This document shows, in pieces, positions 47,101-57,499 of a stretch of DNA of 60,143 bases (its first letter is position 1; every line of letters starts with the position of its first letter). Origin of the DNA: Coniocarpon cinnabarinum (Eukaryota); contig JAVECO010000056.1 of NCBI GenBank assembly GCA_051942205.1, forward strand, positions 62,001 to 122,143, given 5' to 3'. Both the position numbers and the translations under genes were made by a program. Below the pieces are notes generated by a model, which saw only the letters and a list, made by a program, of their open reading frames with translations, did not search any database and had not been told where the DNA came from.

Positions 47101-47697
47101 TCCTATGATATGCTTCAGGAAACACACAAAAAGCGCGAGGAGAAAATGGGCCACGAACATCTTTACACTCTATGGGCTGCTTGCTACTTTGCGCGAAGTT
47201 CGGCAGCTCTTGGCGAACTCACGGGAAACCTCAAGCTTGTTGATCAAGCGCAGGAAATTTACACAGACGGACTTGAAATATGTCGACGCAACTTGGGTCC
47301 ACTCCATCCCGGGACACTCATGGGTCGGCAAACAAGAGCAGATGCTCTACTCATCGAGAAGAAATACGAAGAAGCGGAGAAAGAGTATAGAGAGGTTGCA
47401 CAACGTCAGAAAGAGATTGCAGATAAACGCGATGGTCTCTTTCGGGATCGTTTGTGGACTCTCTTCATGCTTGCGAAGTGCTATGAGATCCAATGCAAAT
47501 ATGAAGACGCCTATCAGACTGCACAAGCCTTCCTCGACGATGTGCACACAATGGGCGGCCAGAACCATATATGGAGGAAGATCATGCTAGCTAAGCAGGA
47601 TGAATTGAAACAGCTGATGCAGCTATCGCCGACTAGTTCGCCATCTACGCCACCGTCGCCGATCTCACTTCCATATTTCGGAACAAAGGCATCATAA
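44131..47697 (+). CDS. Fungal NLR-like STAND protein: HeLo-like N-terminus + NB-ARC + TPR repeats, ~1096 aa, 5 exons
   Basis: Exons 44131-44603, 44652-44778, 44831-45078, 45132-46811 and 46935-47697 total 3291 nt. N-terminus MAEPFSTAAAAVGVA; Walker A GIAGAGKT; Walker B WLLIVDNAD; LVTTRN; YLPLAL; MHPLIH; TPRs with GPEHP/GDEHS/GHEHL/GPLHP. Confidence 0.9.
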
Positions 47698-48170
47698 CCG
47701 CTTACGGCTTTTGCAGCCCCTGGAATAGGTGGCTGAATGCACGAGACAGCGATATCCTGGCAGCCAAGGCTGCGCGCCAAATGAAGCAGTGTCAGGTGTA
47801 CGATGGACCTAGGCAGCACCGCGCTTTGAGACAGTCCAGCGCACCAATGGTCTTGGGAGACGCGTTTTCCAAATTGTCCCGCATCAAGGGTACCCGCTTT
47901 AGAACAATGCTGCACAGTGGACAAACTGCATGATTGAAATGCGCATGTTCAAGCTCAGCAAACATGCTTCCACAGGATTGCTTTCGACAAGAAGACAAGA
48001 GTTTGCGTCTGCGTGATAATGTTTGCTCCAGTCCCTGCCAATGTTACACAGGCCACAGCATTCAATACATATTAATGCCTTCGTCCTGCCTCAAGCCGGT
48101 AATCAGTGTGACTAGACCAAGGTCACCAATTTATTCGACGCGCTTCTACCCCAGAATAGCGAAGAGCAGA

Positions 48171-48772
48171 ATGGCTACTTACCCACCGTACAACGCTGCT
48201 GGCTCTGGCCATTGGACCTGCAATTACGCCTATCCGAACATGAACATTGTGGCAGGTGATCACGCTCACATCAACACACACATTACTATTGTCCAGACAG
48301 AAGGATCTTCATCTGTCACTGCGAATGCGAACGCAGGAGCGGATCCGGAGCAGCGTTCAGGTCAGTCTCCAAAGCGGCAATGCAGTACCCTCGCACTCAG
48401 CACGAGATCATGTCTTGGCCACCGCCCAGTTTTGAACTGCCGTAATCGCAAGTCGCCCTGCAAACTGACCGGATGATAGTCATGCCGTCGGTTCGGGTTC
48501 AAGGCCCACGTTCTCCTCCTCCATCTCCTCCACCTAACAGCCCGAACGGTCAGCGCGAAGCAGTGTTCCCTAATCTTCCCATACTGCCACGTTCGGAGTG
48601 GCCGCGGGAGATGCGAGATATTATAGACCAACGCGTACTCCGTCAGAGCGAAGACCATTCCAGCGTCCTCGACGCTATCAACGACCGATTCGGTTGGGCG
48701 AGGGGACAACGCATCACGCGGAGAGACTTTGAAATGTATTTGGGCGTCCGCAGATCAGCCATTGATCATTAG
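48171..48772 (+). CDS. Small two-exon protein (~160 aa) with a C-terminal Clr5-like domain
   Basis: Exons 48171-48360 and 48480-48772 (intron GTCAGT...ACTGAC...TAG) total 483 nt. The C-terminus SEWPREMRDII...VLDAINDRFGW...RRDFEMYL resembles the Clr5 (PF14420) pattern. Confidence 0.55.
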
Positions 48773-49297
48773 CACGCAATTTGGTCCTGATCAGATCGAT
48801 AGGTAGGGAAAAGAAGAACATTTGTAGAAAGCTGTGGGAGCAGCACAAGTTTGTACTTTGACGTAGGTAGGAAATCTGCAAATTTTTACTTGACTTGATT
48901 TCTTTTCGCAAAAATTCAATGACGGCCGAATCTTCGCTGTTAGTCACAGCTTTTCTATTGATGTTGGTGGATGTTAGAGGCCGGGGCTGTGAGTATCACT
49001 TACGACATTTGGGCGCCACGGGCGACTTCGCCACACCTTCGACACACCCATCTCACTCTCTCTAGTTTAAGCTACACTTTTTCATAGGTGTCTCCACTTT
49101 CAGCCTTATACAGAGCAATGCAGGCTATCACCTGCCAGCTGTGGCCTAATCGCCCACTTTCCTATAACTTCTGCTTCCCTTTACGCTCTTTCTTATCGCC
49201 ATCCTCACCAACACATTGCACACGAACTTTGCCAGAATAGCTAGAAATTCACCGCAAGAGCTGTAACGAGTTTGTGAGCTAACCGTGTGTATTCCAG

Positions 49298-49887
49298 ATG
49301 GGCTCATTCGCCCGGATCAACGACTGGCTCTCTCAGATTGATCTGGGGGAGCCAGAGCCGCAGGTCTCCTTCCCCGCCACGGGGTCGGTCCCAGCCACTC
49401 TTCAGCCAATCCCTGAAGAATGGTACGACGAGATTGCCATAATCTCGACGGATGGCTCCGGCGGCAGAGCAAACACCACCGCCACGGGACCGGAGAGTGG
49501 AAGCGAGAGCGAGGGCGAGAAAAGCAAAGCCGGGCAGGCAAAACACTGGCGCGACTTCGTGGCCGAGAAATCGCCCGACCGCTCTCCTCTTGTAGACGGC
49601 TGGACAAAGCACCGCGGAAAGCGGTGAGTTTGCTCTTCATTCATCATATTTTGACAAACGAGAAAATGACATGAGAAATGCAGGTGCAGACAATTGTTAA
49701 GACACCAGCTGTCGTGGTGGGAGGTGCAGAACGTGCTGCGGCGTGAATGCCGCATGAACGGCGGAACTTGGTGAGCTGGATCATTTACGAGTGGTTGAGT
49801 CTGTGGCTTGGGCTAATCAAGTGGTGGTGTAGGGAACCGTCGCATGCGGGCGCATATGTGGTTCTCGACAATAAGACACCAGCCTAG
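49298..49887 (+). CDS. Small three-exon protein (~155 aa) with a possible C-terminal Clr5-like domain
   Basis: Exons 49298-49623, 49684-49770 and 49833-49887 (donors GTGAGT and GTGAGC) total 468 nt. The spliced end reads WTKHRGKRCRQLLRHQLSWWEVQNVLRRE...WEPS. The ATG is directly preceded by GCTAAC...CAG (an upstream intron). Confidence 0.55.
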
Positions 49888-50165
49888 GTGAGCAAGCTTC
49901 TCCCTTCCTACAGAGGCTCATACGCCATGGCAAGGGATCCTGCTGCAGACACAAATGGCAAGTAGTTGGCAAGGAACATTGCTGACGTTTCTGCACAGGG
50001 CTGTCCTCCGTCAACTCACAGGCACGTGACAATTCATTTCCCCCGCCCTGTTTGGATTTAGCCTAATTCGTCGCTAGCGCCCTGCGTCCGGTCTGGCTCT
50101 GCGTCTTTCAGTTTTCAAAACTGCGCAACCCAAAAGCAAAGGTTTGTTTACGCAACAAATCCAAG

Positions 50166-52442
50166 ATGTCGAGCGCACCGGCACAAGCACAATACGACAT
50201 CATCACCGGCATGAGCACCAATGGCGCAGACCACGCACCCCTAAGACCACCGTCGCGATCCACCTTCCGCACATCAACTCTCCCAGTCCGCGCCGACGAA
50301 TCGAACGAAACGATCCGCAAGCAACTGCATAAGCTCGAATACGAACTGAATAATCTTCGCGCAGAGAAGGATCTCACCAAGCTTCGACACGACGAAGAAC
50401 TGCGTGCTGCAGAGCGAAAATCCCAATCTGACTACGAGCGGGCGCAAGCCGCAGAGTCAGCTGGGAACATTGCCACAAGCCGGTATAATTCGCTCGCAAG
50501 AGAGCTGCAAGAAGCGAAGGACTTAGCTGCAGAGAGTCGTTTGGAGCTAGAACGACAGCTCAGGGAGTCGCAAGATGAAGCGGCGGAGTTGCGTGGGCAC
50601 ATCGATGAGAAGGACGCACAGGCGCAAGATCGCGAGCGAGAAGTGCAGCGTGACATCAATGAAGTCAAATCGCAAGCGCAGCCACTACAGAAAGAAGTAG
50701 ATGAGCTCAAAGCGCAGAACGAGGAGAAGGAAAAGATCATCACCAATGCGCAACAGCGCGTCAAGGAAAGCGAAGATGACATGAGCACTTTGCAGGATGA
50801 GATAGTCAGACTCAAAGCGCAGACGGGAGATTCAGAGACACTCAATGTGATAAAACGCGAGTTAACCGAACAAGTCGAGCACATTCAGAAGCTCGAAGCA
50901 CACAATCATAGGCAGCACATGGAACTGAAGAAGCTACGTGAGGAGCGGAAGGACGTTGAGCTGGTCGAAGAACAGAAACGAAGCCTTGAAGGCAAGATCA
51001 GTCGTATGGGTGATCTACGCAAGGAATTTAGTGAAGTCCAATTGCAGAAGCAGATCCTCGAAGACGAGCGCAGAGCATGGACGGCGCTGCTCGAAAATGA
51101 GAGCAACGCAGAAACCGACGTCACATTTCAGCGACCGGAAGATCTCGCTCGCGCATATCTCTCCGAGCGACTAGAGAAGCTGTCGCTGATCGACCAACTA
51201 GGCAAGGCAACCCCTGAACTCTCCGCAAAGGACGAACAGATCCAAGCTTTAGAAACACAAGTCACTTCACTCCAGTCCGAACTCGACAGAGCTCGGTCGT
51301 CAGTCAGCTCGACCACACCATTAACAGCAGTAGCGCCCGACACCAAGCTCAAAGCCCGCCTCAAGCGCCAACGCACCCTCGCTCAAAAAGAAGTCAATTA
51401 CCTCCGCGCCCAGCTCCGCTATTTCGACGACGAGCAAGCCGAAATGACAAGCGAGACATTCGACCAAGCCAAATCCACCCGCATCAAGGAACTCGAAAAT
51501 CTCCTAGATGAACACCGCACGGAGCTTTCTACCCTCTCTTCCGCTCTCGAGAAAGCCGAAGCATCATCGTCATCACAACCATCCACCGGTTCCAAACGTC
51601 CACGTGACTCTTCAGATGAAGTCGACGCCTCCGCCGAACGCGCAAGTTCCATGGCTCGTAAGGCACGTAAACTGCAAGACGAACTCAATAAGACTTTGAC
51701 ATCTAAGACGTTGCTTGAGAAGGAACTCAACGCGACTCGCACTCAACTCGAGTCCTTCAAAGCTTCCTCTCAAACGCGCATTCTTGAGTACCGCCAAAAC
51801 CCCACGGCCGACGCCGCCAGGATCAAACAAACCACCCTCGATACTCTCCGCGCCGAAAACGAATCCCTCCTTTCTCAATTGGAAAATGCCTCGCGCAGCG
51901 ACGAGAACGCGCCGCCGTCTACTCGTCACGGCTTCAAAGCGAAGGCGAAGACGGTTCCAGCTGCGTCATTAGAGCGGTTGAAACTCGAGTTACAAGAGAA
52001 AGAGCGCGCATTGCTCCAAATGGAGAAGAAAGAGAAACGACTCAAGAGCACGTTCACAGCGCAAGTCCGCCAATTCCGCGAAGCGTGCACCTCAGTCCTC
52101 GGCTGGGATCTAGCCATCCTCCCCAACGACCGCGCAAAAGTGACCTCAGTCTTCGATCCCACGAAATCCAATCGACCCTCCCACGGCCAGAAAGACGCGT
52201 CACATGATGGCGACGCTAGCGACGAAGAAGAGGAGGAGGAGGAAGAAGAAAGAAGCATCGTCTTTGATGCGAAACAAGGCACGATGAAAGTGAGTGGCGG
52301 GCCGCGGAGTCGCTTTGCTGATGAGATTCGGGGTAATATCGAGTATTGGGTTGATGGGCGGAAGGAGGTGCCTTGTTTTTTGGCGGCTTGTACGCTCGAG
52401 TTTTGGGAGCGGGGACCGGGTGCGGGGACGATGCGGGTGTGA
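50166..52442 (+). CDS. MAD1: Spindle assembly checkpoint protein Mad1, 758 aa
   Basis: Long coiled coil; Mad2-binding region RILEYRQNP; RLK motif (EKRLKSTF); FREAC.SVLGW; C-terminal VPCFLAACTLE. Confidence 0.92.
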   Translation: MSSAPAQAQYDIITGMSTNGADHAPLRPPSRSTFRTSTLPVRADESNETIRKQLHKLEYELNNLRAEKDLTKLRHDEELRAAERKSQSDYERAQAAESAGNIATSRYNSLARELQEAKDLAAESRLELERQLRESQDEAAELRGHIDEKDAQAQDREREVQRDINEVKSQAQPLQKEVDELKAQNEEKEKIITNAQQRVKESEDDMSTLQDEIVRLKAQTGDSETLNVIKRELTEQVEHIQKLEAHNHRQHMELKKLREERKDVELVEEQKRSLEGKISRMGDLRKEFSEVQLQKQILEDERRAWTALLENESNAETDVTFQRPEDLARAYLSERLEKLSLIDQLGKATPELSAKDEQIQALETQVTSLQSELDRARSSVSSTTPLTAVAPDTKLKARLKRQRTLAQKEVNYLRAQLRYFDDEQAEMTSETFDQAKSTRIKELENLLDEHRTELSTLSSALEKAEASSSSQPSTGSKRPRDSSDEVDASAERASSMARKARKLQDELNKTLTSKTLLEKELNATRTQLESFKASSQTRILEYRQNPTADAARIKQTTLDTLRAENESLLSQLENASRSDENAPPSTRHGFKAKAKTVPAASLERLKLELQEKERALLQMEKKEKRLKSTFTAQVRQFREACTSVLGWDLAILPNDRAKVTSVFDPTKSNRPSHGQKDASHDGDASDEEEEEEEEERSIVFDAKQGTMKVSGGPRSRFADEIRGNIEYWVDGRKEVPCFLAACTLEFWERGPGAGTMRV

Positions 52443-52763
52443 TTGCATGATACGAGGGAGTTGAGCGCGTGGTTGCTTGCAAGCGTGCGTGAATCGCAGG
52501 ATGCGTGTGGTGGTGAGATGGGTGATGCTTGCTCTGCAACTGGAAAGCCGCTCTGGCGCATTGACATGATATGAATATGTGGAGTGGTTGATAATCTAAC
52601 CGGTTGCCATGTCGTTTCGGGATTCCCAGGAATGAAGACATATCCCGTCATTACAAATATGCATCATACCAACCAGCGTCACCACTATCGTCACCAACGA
52701 GCATCACCGCTCAGTCTCACCGCTCACAGCTATACCTCTTCTTTCCCTTCCTTCCTCTTCGTT

Positions 52764-52816
52764 CCTCGTCACCGTCCTCGCCACCGTCCTCGTCCTCGTC
52801 CTCGTCCTCGTTCCTC
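52764..52816. repeat. CCTCGT hexamer microsatellite between the convergent MAD1 and pectinesterase 3' ends
   Basis: Visible (CCTCGT)n array with variant units. Confidence 0.8.
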
Positions 52817-52857
52817 AGTGCTCCCGTTCCTCGGTGCTCCCGCCCCTCATTCGGACC

Positions 52858-54574
52858 TCACTCAACCATCGGTCCAACAAGATACGCGTCATCAATCCAC
52901 CCCAACGAAACAACCTCACCCTCCGGTCCTCGAAACACGTCTTTCGGCCACCGATACGGCGCCGCTTCCTCGTCTGTGAGTTCCGTAGTGATGTTGCCGC
53001 TGACTCGGGCACTGGCGTTGAAACCGGGACCGTAGTCTTTGTATTCGGCGAGGAGGGTGAGTCCTGATTTGTTAGCGTGGGTCAGGAAGTGGCATACTTT
53101 CTTGGCTTTTGCTAAGGCTTTTGTTAAGGCTCTGGTCAAGAGTGCTTCTTGAGGGTTCGTGGCTTCGATCAGACACTTTGCGTCACGCGCTTGACCCTTG
53201 CAATCGTACCGACAAGAGCCTCGCCGAAGTTGATATCCAAAAAGGCACAAGACGAGGGAAAGCCCACTAACATACCCGGAACAATAGGATGATCCGCCCA
53301 CTCAACATACCCCTGAGGTCTAATCGTAGCATCCAGATAATTCTCCAGGAAGACAGTGCGATCATTGCTATTCCAGGGGCGGCCGAGGGCGCACTGACCC
53401 ACGTCCTGCGCGGCGACGGTGTCGTTCTCGGCGGCGATGGTGTTCTGGGCGAGGTAGGCGCCGTATGTATTCGGGAAGGTGGTGTTGGTGCCTTTCCAGG
53501 CGACGATGCCGCCGCCGCAGCTGCGGAGGGAGAGGAGGCTGTGGGTTGCGTAGAGGGTGCCGAAGCCTGGGATTGTGAGTGGTGGTTGTGATGTGTTGGT
53601 GTCGCATGATGGTGGTGTTGGCAGTGGTCGTGGTCGTGGTCGTGGTGGCAGTAATGGCATTTTTAAAAGGAACGCGGCAAAGTGGCGTAATTGAGGAGCA
53701 AGAAGGATGTGAAGTCATTGAAAGGGCAGGAGAGTCAGATGGGAGTATAGGAAGGAGGAAAGAGACGCACCGTAGAGAAAGTCGGTCTGGCCGGCAAGTG
53801 TACTATTCGCGAAGTAGGCATTCCCCAATTTACCGACATAGATCGTATCTTGGTACGAAGCGAAATAGCAATGATAAAAGGAGCTATTCGAATAGGACGC
53901 AGAGAGAGCGAGTGCAGGCCCGGCGGAGTAGGGCAGAAACTCGTTCGTGATGTTCAAATTGTAGCTAGGAGTATAAAATTAGCCATCGTCTCGTGTGGTC
54001 GCTACATCAATACTCTTTGGGTGAGAATGACAACAGGGATAGGTCAAACATTACAGAAGAAGACCTACGCGCGGAAGTCACTAGATCCCAGTGGTGTTCC
54101 TGGCGGCACTGCAAACCCAGTAAGTCCGGCGCCAGTCAAGCTTGAATTTAAAGTGCTTGCAACCGTCAATGTCGATGTGAACTCATTGTCCGGATATACA
54201 GTCGAGCTCGGATTGGCCGCGCTCCAGGTGATCTTCGCCAGGTTGCCCGCGACTGACGACAGATCCGATGACTTGCCCAGGAAGGTTGTAGGGCCTTGAC
54301 GGGTGACATTGACCTGTTCTGTATAGACTCCCGCGTCTATGAGGAGGACGTAGGAATCTGTGTTATTGGGGAGGGAGGCGACCGCGCTCTGGATCGTAGT
54401 GAAGTCGGCGGACGGATGAGATGGGGAGATGAAGAGAGTGCCATCGGGGCAGCCGCTCAGAGGAGCAGCATCATTAGGGGTTTGGCATGTAGAATAGTCG
54501 CAAGAAGTCGCGTATGCTGACGAAATCAAGAAGAGGGCCAAGAGACGGCAGAAAGGTGCTCCAAAGGATGGCAT
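52858..54574 (-). CDS. Secreted pectin methylesterase (CE8), 4 exons, ~398 aa
   Basis: Exons 54574-54069, 53964-53771, 53566-53276 and 53063-52858 total 1197 nt. Signal peptide; FTTIQSAV; GVYTEQV; YQDTIY; GQTDFLYGFG; LGRPW; AEYKDYGPG. Confidence 0.92.
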
Positions 54575-55450
54575 TGCTTCGTTGCTGCGCTCAGGAGGAT
54601 ATCTTTATTCCCGACTCGATTGATATACGATGTCTTCACACGAAGCGTGACCCGTGACGGCAGAGGGAATCTGATTATGGAGAGTTACGCAAACCGCACC
54701 CAACACCAAGCAAGACAAAGTAGTGATTCTGCACGATAGCAAAAGTCAATTGGCTTGGCAACTTCATTTTGTATATCAAAGTCTATCCACCAGACACCGA
54801 AGTAGAAGCCGGTTACCAATGGGCGAGTTGTGGAGTAGCGCAGATCCGGTAAATACTGGGTTTCTCGTCAAGATGAGCTAAGAGCTGTCAACGCTGCATG
54901 TAGCGCCATCGGCGAGGTGAACGTGTCGCGCCAGGGACGACATCCATAGTCTGGCCCACGCTTGCATGCAATGGCACCTCTGATGATGCTTCTGGTGCCA
55001 TTCGAGAACGACAGGTTGGCGGCAACGGCAACAAGAGCCAAGGCATGTGGTGGAGGAGCAAGAGCGAAAGTTGATGGCGAGCAGACGATCAGTGGCCAAT
55101 GGCTCGGTGAGACTTTGACCGAACTTGCGCACCGCCTGCCGACCAGGGCATAGCGTGCATAGATCTGTCCTTCGAATGCTTGCAATCCCAAAACTTTGCC
55201 CATCTTTCTCAGCACTCGCAGATGAGAGGCAGGAAGGTCGTGGGGATGGCGTCTGGCTCTCTGCGGGGACCCCACGGTTTGCACGGCACTATTCACACGT
55301 GGCGGCCGGCAGATGGAGACAGGCATGCTTTGGTGTAAAACCTCAGCGGTGGGCTGTCGACAGGTTGAAAAGCAAGGATTGTGACCATTCGTCTTGAACT
55401 TCTCTCCATCTCGTGCAAGCCGGTTGTTCAGACCCGTAGGCTGCGAAACC
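54575..55450. promoter_or_regulatory. Bidirectional promoter shared by the pectinesterase and exopolygalacturonase genes
   Basis: The two ATGs are divergent and about 876 bp apart. A CCNCCAA GaaR-element core (TTGGCGG, 55016-55022) and several SYGGRG CreA-type sites are present, but these are short motifs that could be chance matches. Confidence 0.5.
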
Positions 55451-56731
55451 ATGTACTCCTTGCAGACACTTGCTCCGCTTCTGGCTCTGCCATGGCTCGC
55501 GAATGCCAACGCGCTCTGCGGCCCATATCAACCCAGTTCACCCATCCCAACACCACAGACGAGAAGCCACACGTGCTCCGTTGCGGCCTCTGGCGATGGT
55601 AGCGACGATTCTCAAGCCTTTGTCTCGGCAATTGCCGACTGCAACAATGGTGGCCACGTTCTCTTCGAAGCTGGCCAGTCATACACAATCGGGACCGCGC
55701 TCGACTTGACCTATCTTAGCAGCATCGATATCGAAATTGCTGGAGTCGTCCAGTTCACCAATGACACCGATTACTGGCAAGCGAATTCATTCCGACAGAT
55801 CTTCCAGAACGCCACGACGTTCTTCCAACTAGGTGGCAAGGACGTCAACTTTTATACGAGTGGCGATGGGGAACTGAATGGGAATGGTCAGGTGTGGTAT
55901 GACCTGTACGCGCAGGACGACCTGATCCTTCGCCCGATATTGGTAGGTGTGATCGGCTTGCACGATTCCACTGTTGGTCCTCTCAAGTGTCGCTATAGTC
56001 CGCAGTACTACAACTTTGTGGCCAACTCCACCAACGTCGTCTTCACTGGCTACGACATATCCGGATTTTCGAAAAGTGAAAACGTGGCCAAAAACACGGA
56101 TGGATTCGACACCTACCGCAGCTCGAACCTCGTCATCCAGAACTCAACTGTGAACAATGGCGACGACTGTGTCAGCTTCAAGCCCAACTCTACGCAAGTC
56201 TTAGTCCAGAACATGTACTGCAATGGCAGCCATGGCATCTCAGTGGGATCCTTGGGTCAGTATGCCGGTGAGACCGACATTGTGGAAGACATCTACGTGT
56301 ACAACATTTCCATGTTCAATGCCAGTGACGGCGCTCGCATCAAGGTCTGGCCAGGCAACCAGGCCGCACTATCACCAGATCTCCAAGGCGGTGGCGGTAC
56401 TGGTTCGGTCAAAAATGTGACGTATGAAGGCATGAAGATTCAGAACGTCGACTATGCCATAGAAGTCACTCAGTGTTACGGCCAGAACAACCGGACATTG
56501 TGCAACGAAGCCCCGAGCAATCTGACCATCAGCGACGTCGTGTTCAAAGACTTCAGTGGAGCGACGAGTGGCGCCAGAGATCCAATCGTCGGCACCGTGG
56601 TCTGCTCCAGTCCAAACGTTTGCAGCGACATTATGACAAGCAACATCGATGTCGTAAGTCCAAATGGGTACGAGGGATTCGAGTGTTCAAATGTGGACGA
56701 GACTCAACTGGGTCTCAACTGCACCCAATGA
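55451..56731 (+). CDS. Secreted exopolygalacturonase (GH28, PgxB-like), intronless
   Basis: ATG at 55451 with a signal peptide. GH28 motifs NTDG, GDD, GSHG and RIK (ARIKVWPG), plus DTYRS, typical of exo-PG B. Confidence 0.93.
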   Translation: MYSLQTLAPLLALPWLANANALCGPYQPSSPIPTPQTRSHTCSVAASGDGSDDSQAFVSAIADCNNGGHVLFEAGQSYTIGTALDLTYLSSIDIEIAGVVQFTNDTDYWQANSFRQIFQNATTFFQLGGKDVNFYTSGDGELNGNGQVWYDLYAQDDLILRPILVGVIGLHDSTVGPLKCRYSPQYYNFVANSTNVVFTGYDISGFSKSENVAKNTDGFDTYRSSNLVIQNSTVNNGDDCVSFKPNSTQVLVQNMYCNGSHGISVGSLGQYAGETDIVEDIYVYNISMFNASDGARIKVWPGNQAALSPDLQGGGGTGSVKNVTYEGMKIQNVDYAIEVTQCYGQNNRTLCNEAPSNLTISDVVFKDFSGATSGARDPIVGTVVCSSPNVCSDIMTSNIDVVSPNGYEGFECSNVDETQLGLNCTQ

Positions 56732-57133
56732 TGATGGAGCAACCGCAGTACTTAGAGCTTGAATACCATTCTTTGAACAAACTGATCCGCAACTTAAATG
56801 GCCTGCACAACTCCGTGTGATAAATTTGAATGGGGGTAAATCCAGCAAGTTCTTGTGGTCATAGAAGTTTAGCGCAGTCCAAGGTTGGGGAGCTGATCAT
56901 CGCAATAGACCTGTACGCAAAGCTCGGCCATCCCAGAGACAGCGCGTCCTCTTGCAAAACGAAAGTTCAAGGATCGTGCAATCGTATGGGCAGCGAATGG
57001 CCTGATAACAATAGGCAATGTGAGCTGGCGCGACGAGGTTGGGCGCAACAAAGTCGAGTCAAGGCGTGCGAATCGCCGGTTTCGCTAGTCAGGTGCTTCA
57101 CCGCACGCCCTGCGTTACGCAGACTTCATCGCC

Positions 57134-57499
57134 CTAGATTCTTCCCAGCTGACCTTGAAGGCCCCTCGAAGTTTCGAGTAGCCTTTCCACTTTTTCTTTG
57201 ACCCCTGGCACAATCTCACCGGTGACCTGTAACATACGCCGGAAATGCTTCTCAGCTGTCTCGAGTTGGGTCTTGAAGCCGGTGATGAGGGACGTGATGC
57301 GACGATCTTCAACCCTGGTACAACGAACAATCGCGACCTGCGTCAACAGAATGGCTGTGACTGCAAGTGGTCCAGAAGCTGTAAGAGTATAAAAGATAAC
57401 CGTTGAAAGGTGGAAGAGCGGTGTGGATCTCGATGTATCAGGTCTTTCAAATGTGCGGGTCAGAATGTTAGTAGCTTCTCTAACATTCGATAGGGCCAT
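57134..57499 (-). CDS. Hypothetical protein (~121 aa; hydrophobic segment plus helical C-terminus)
   Basis: ATG ORF with protein-like composition only; no recognisable family. Confidence 0.3.
   Translation of the reverse strand: MALSNVREATNILTRTFERPDTSRSTPLFHLSTVIFYTLTASGPLAVTAILLTQVAIVRCTRVEDRRITSLITGFKTQLETAEKHFRRMLQVTGEIVPGVKEKVERLLETSRGLQGQLGRI

Noticed and set aside
51926..53035. Overlapping 130-240 aa ORFs
   Set aside because: Antisense to MAD1 or the pectinesterase, or generated by the CCTCGT microsatellite.
54868..55509. 213-aa minus-strand ORF
   Set aside because: Overlaps the GH28 signal-peptide region and the shared promoter; composition is not protein-like.
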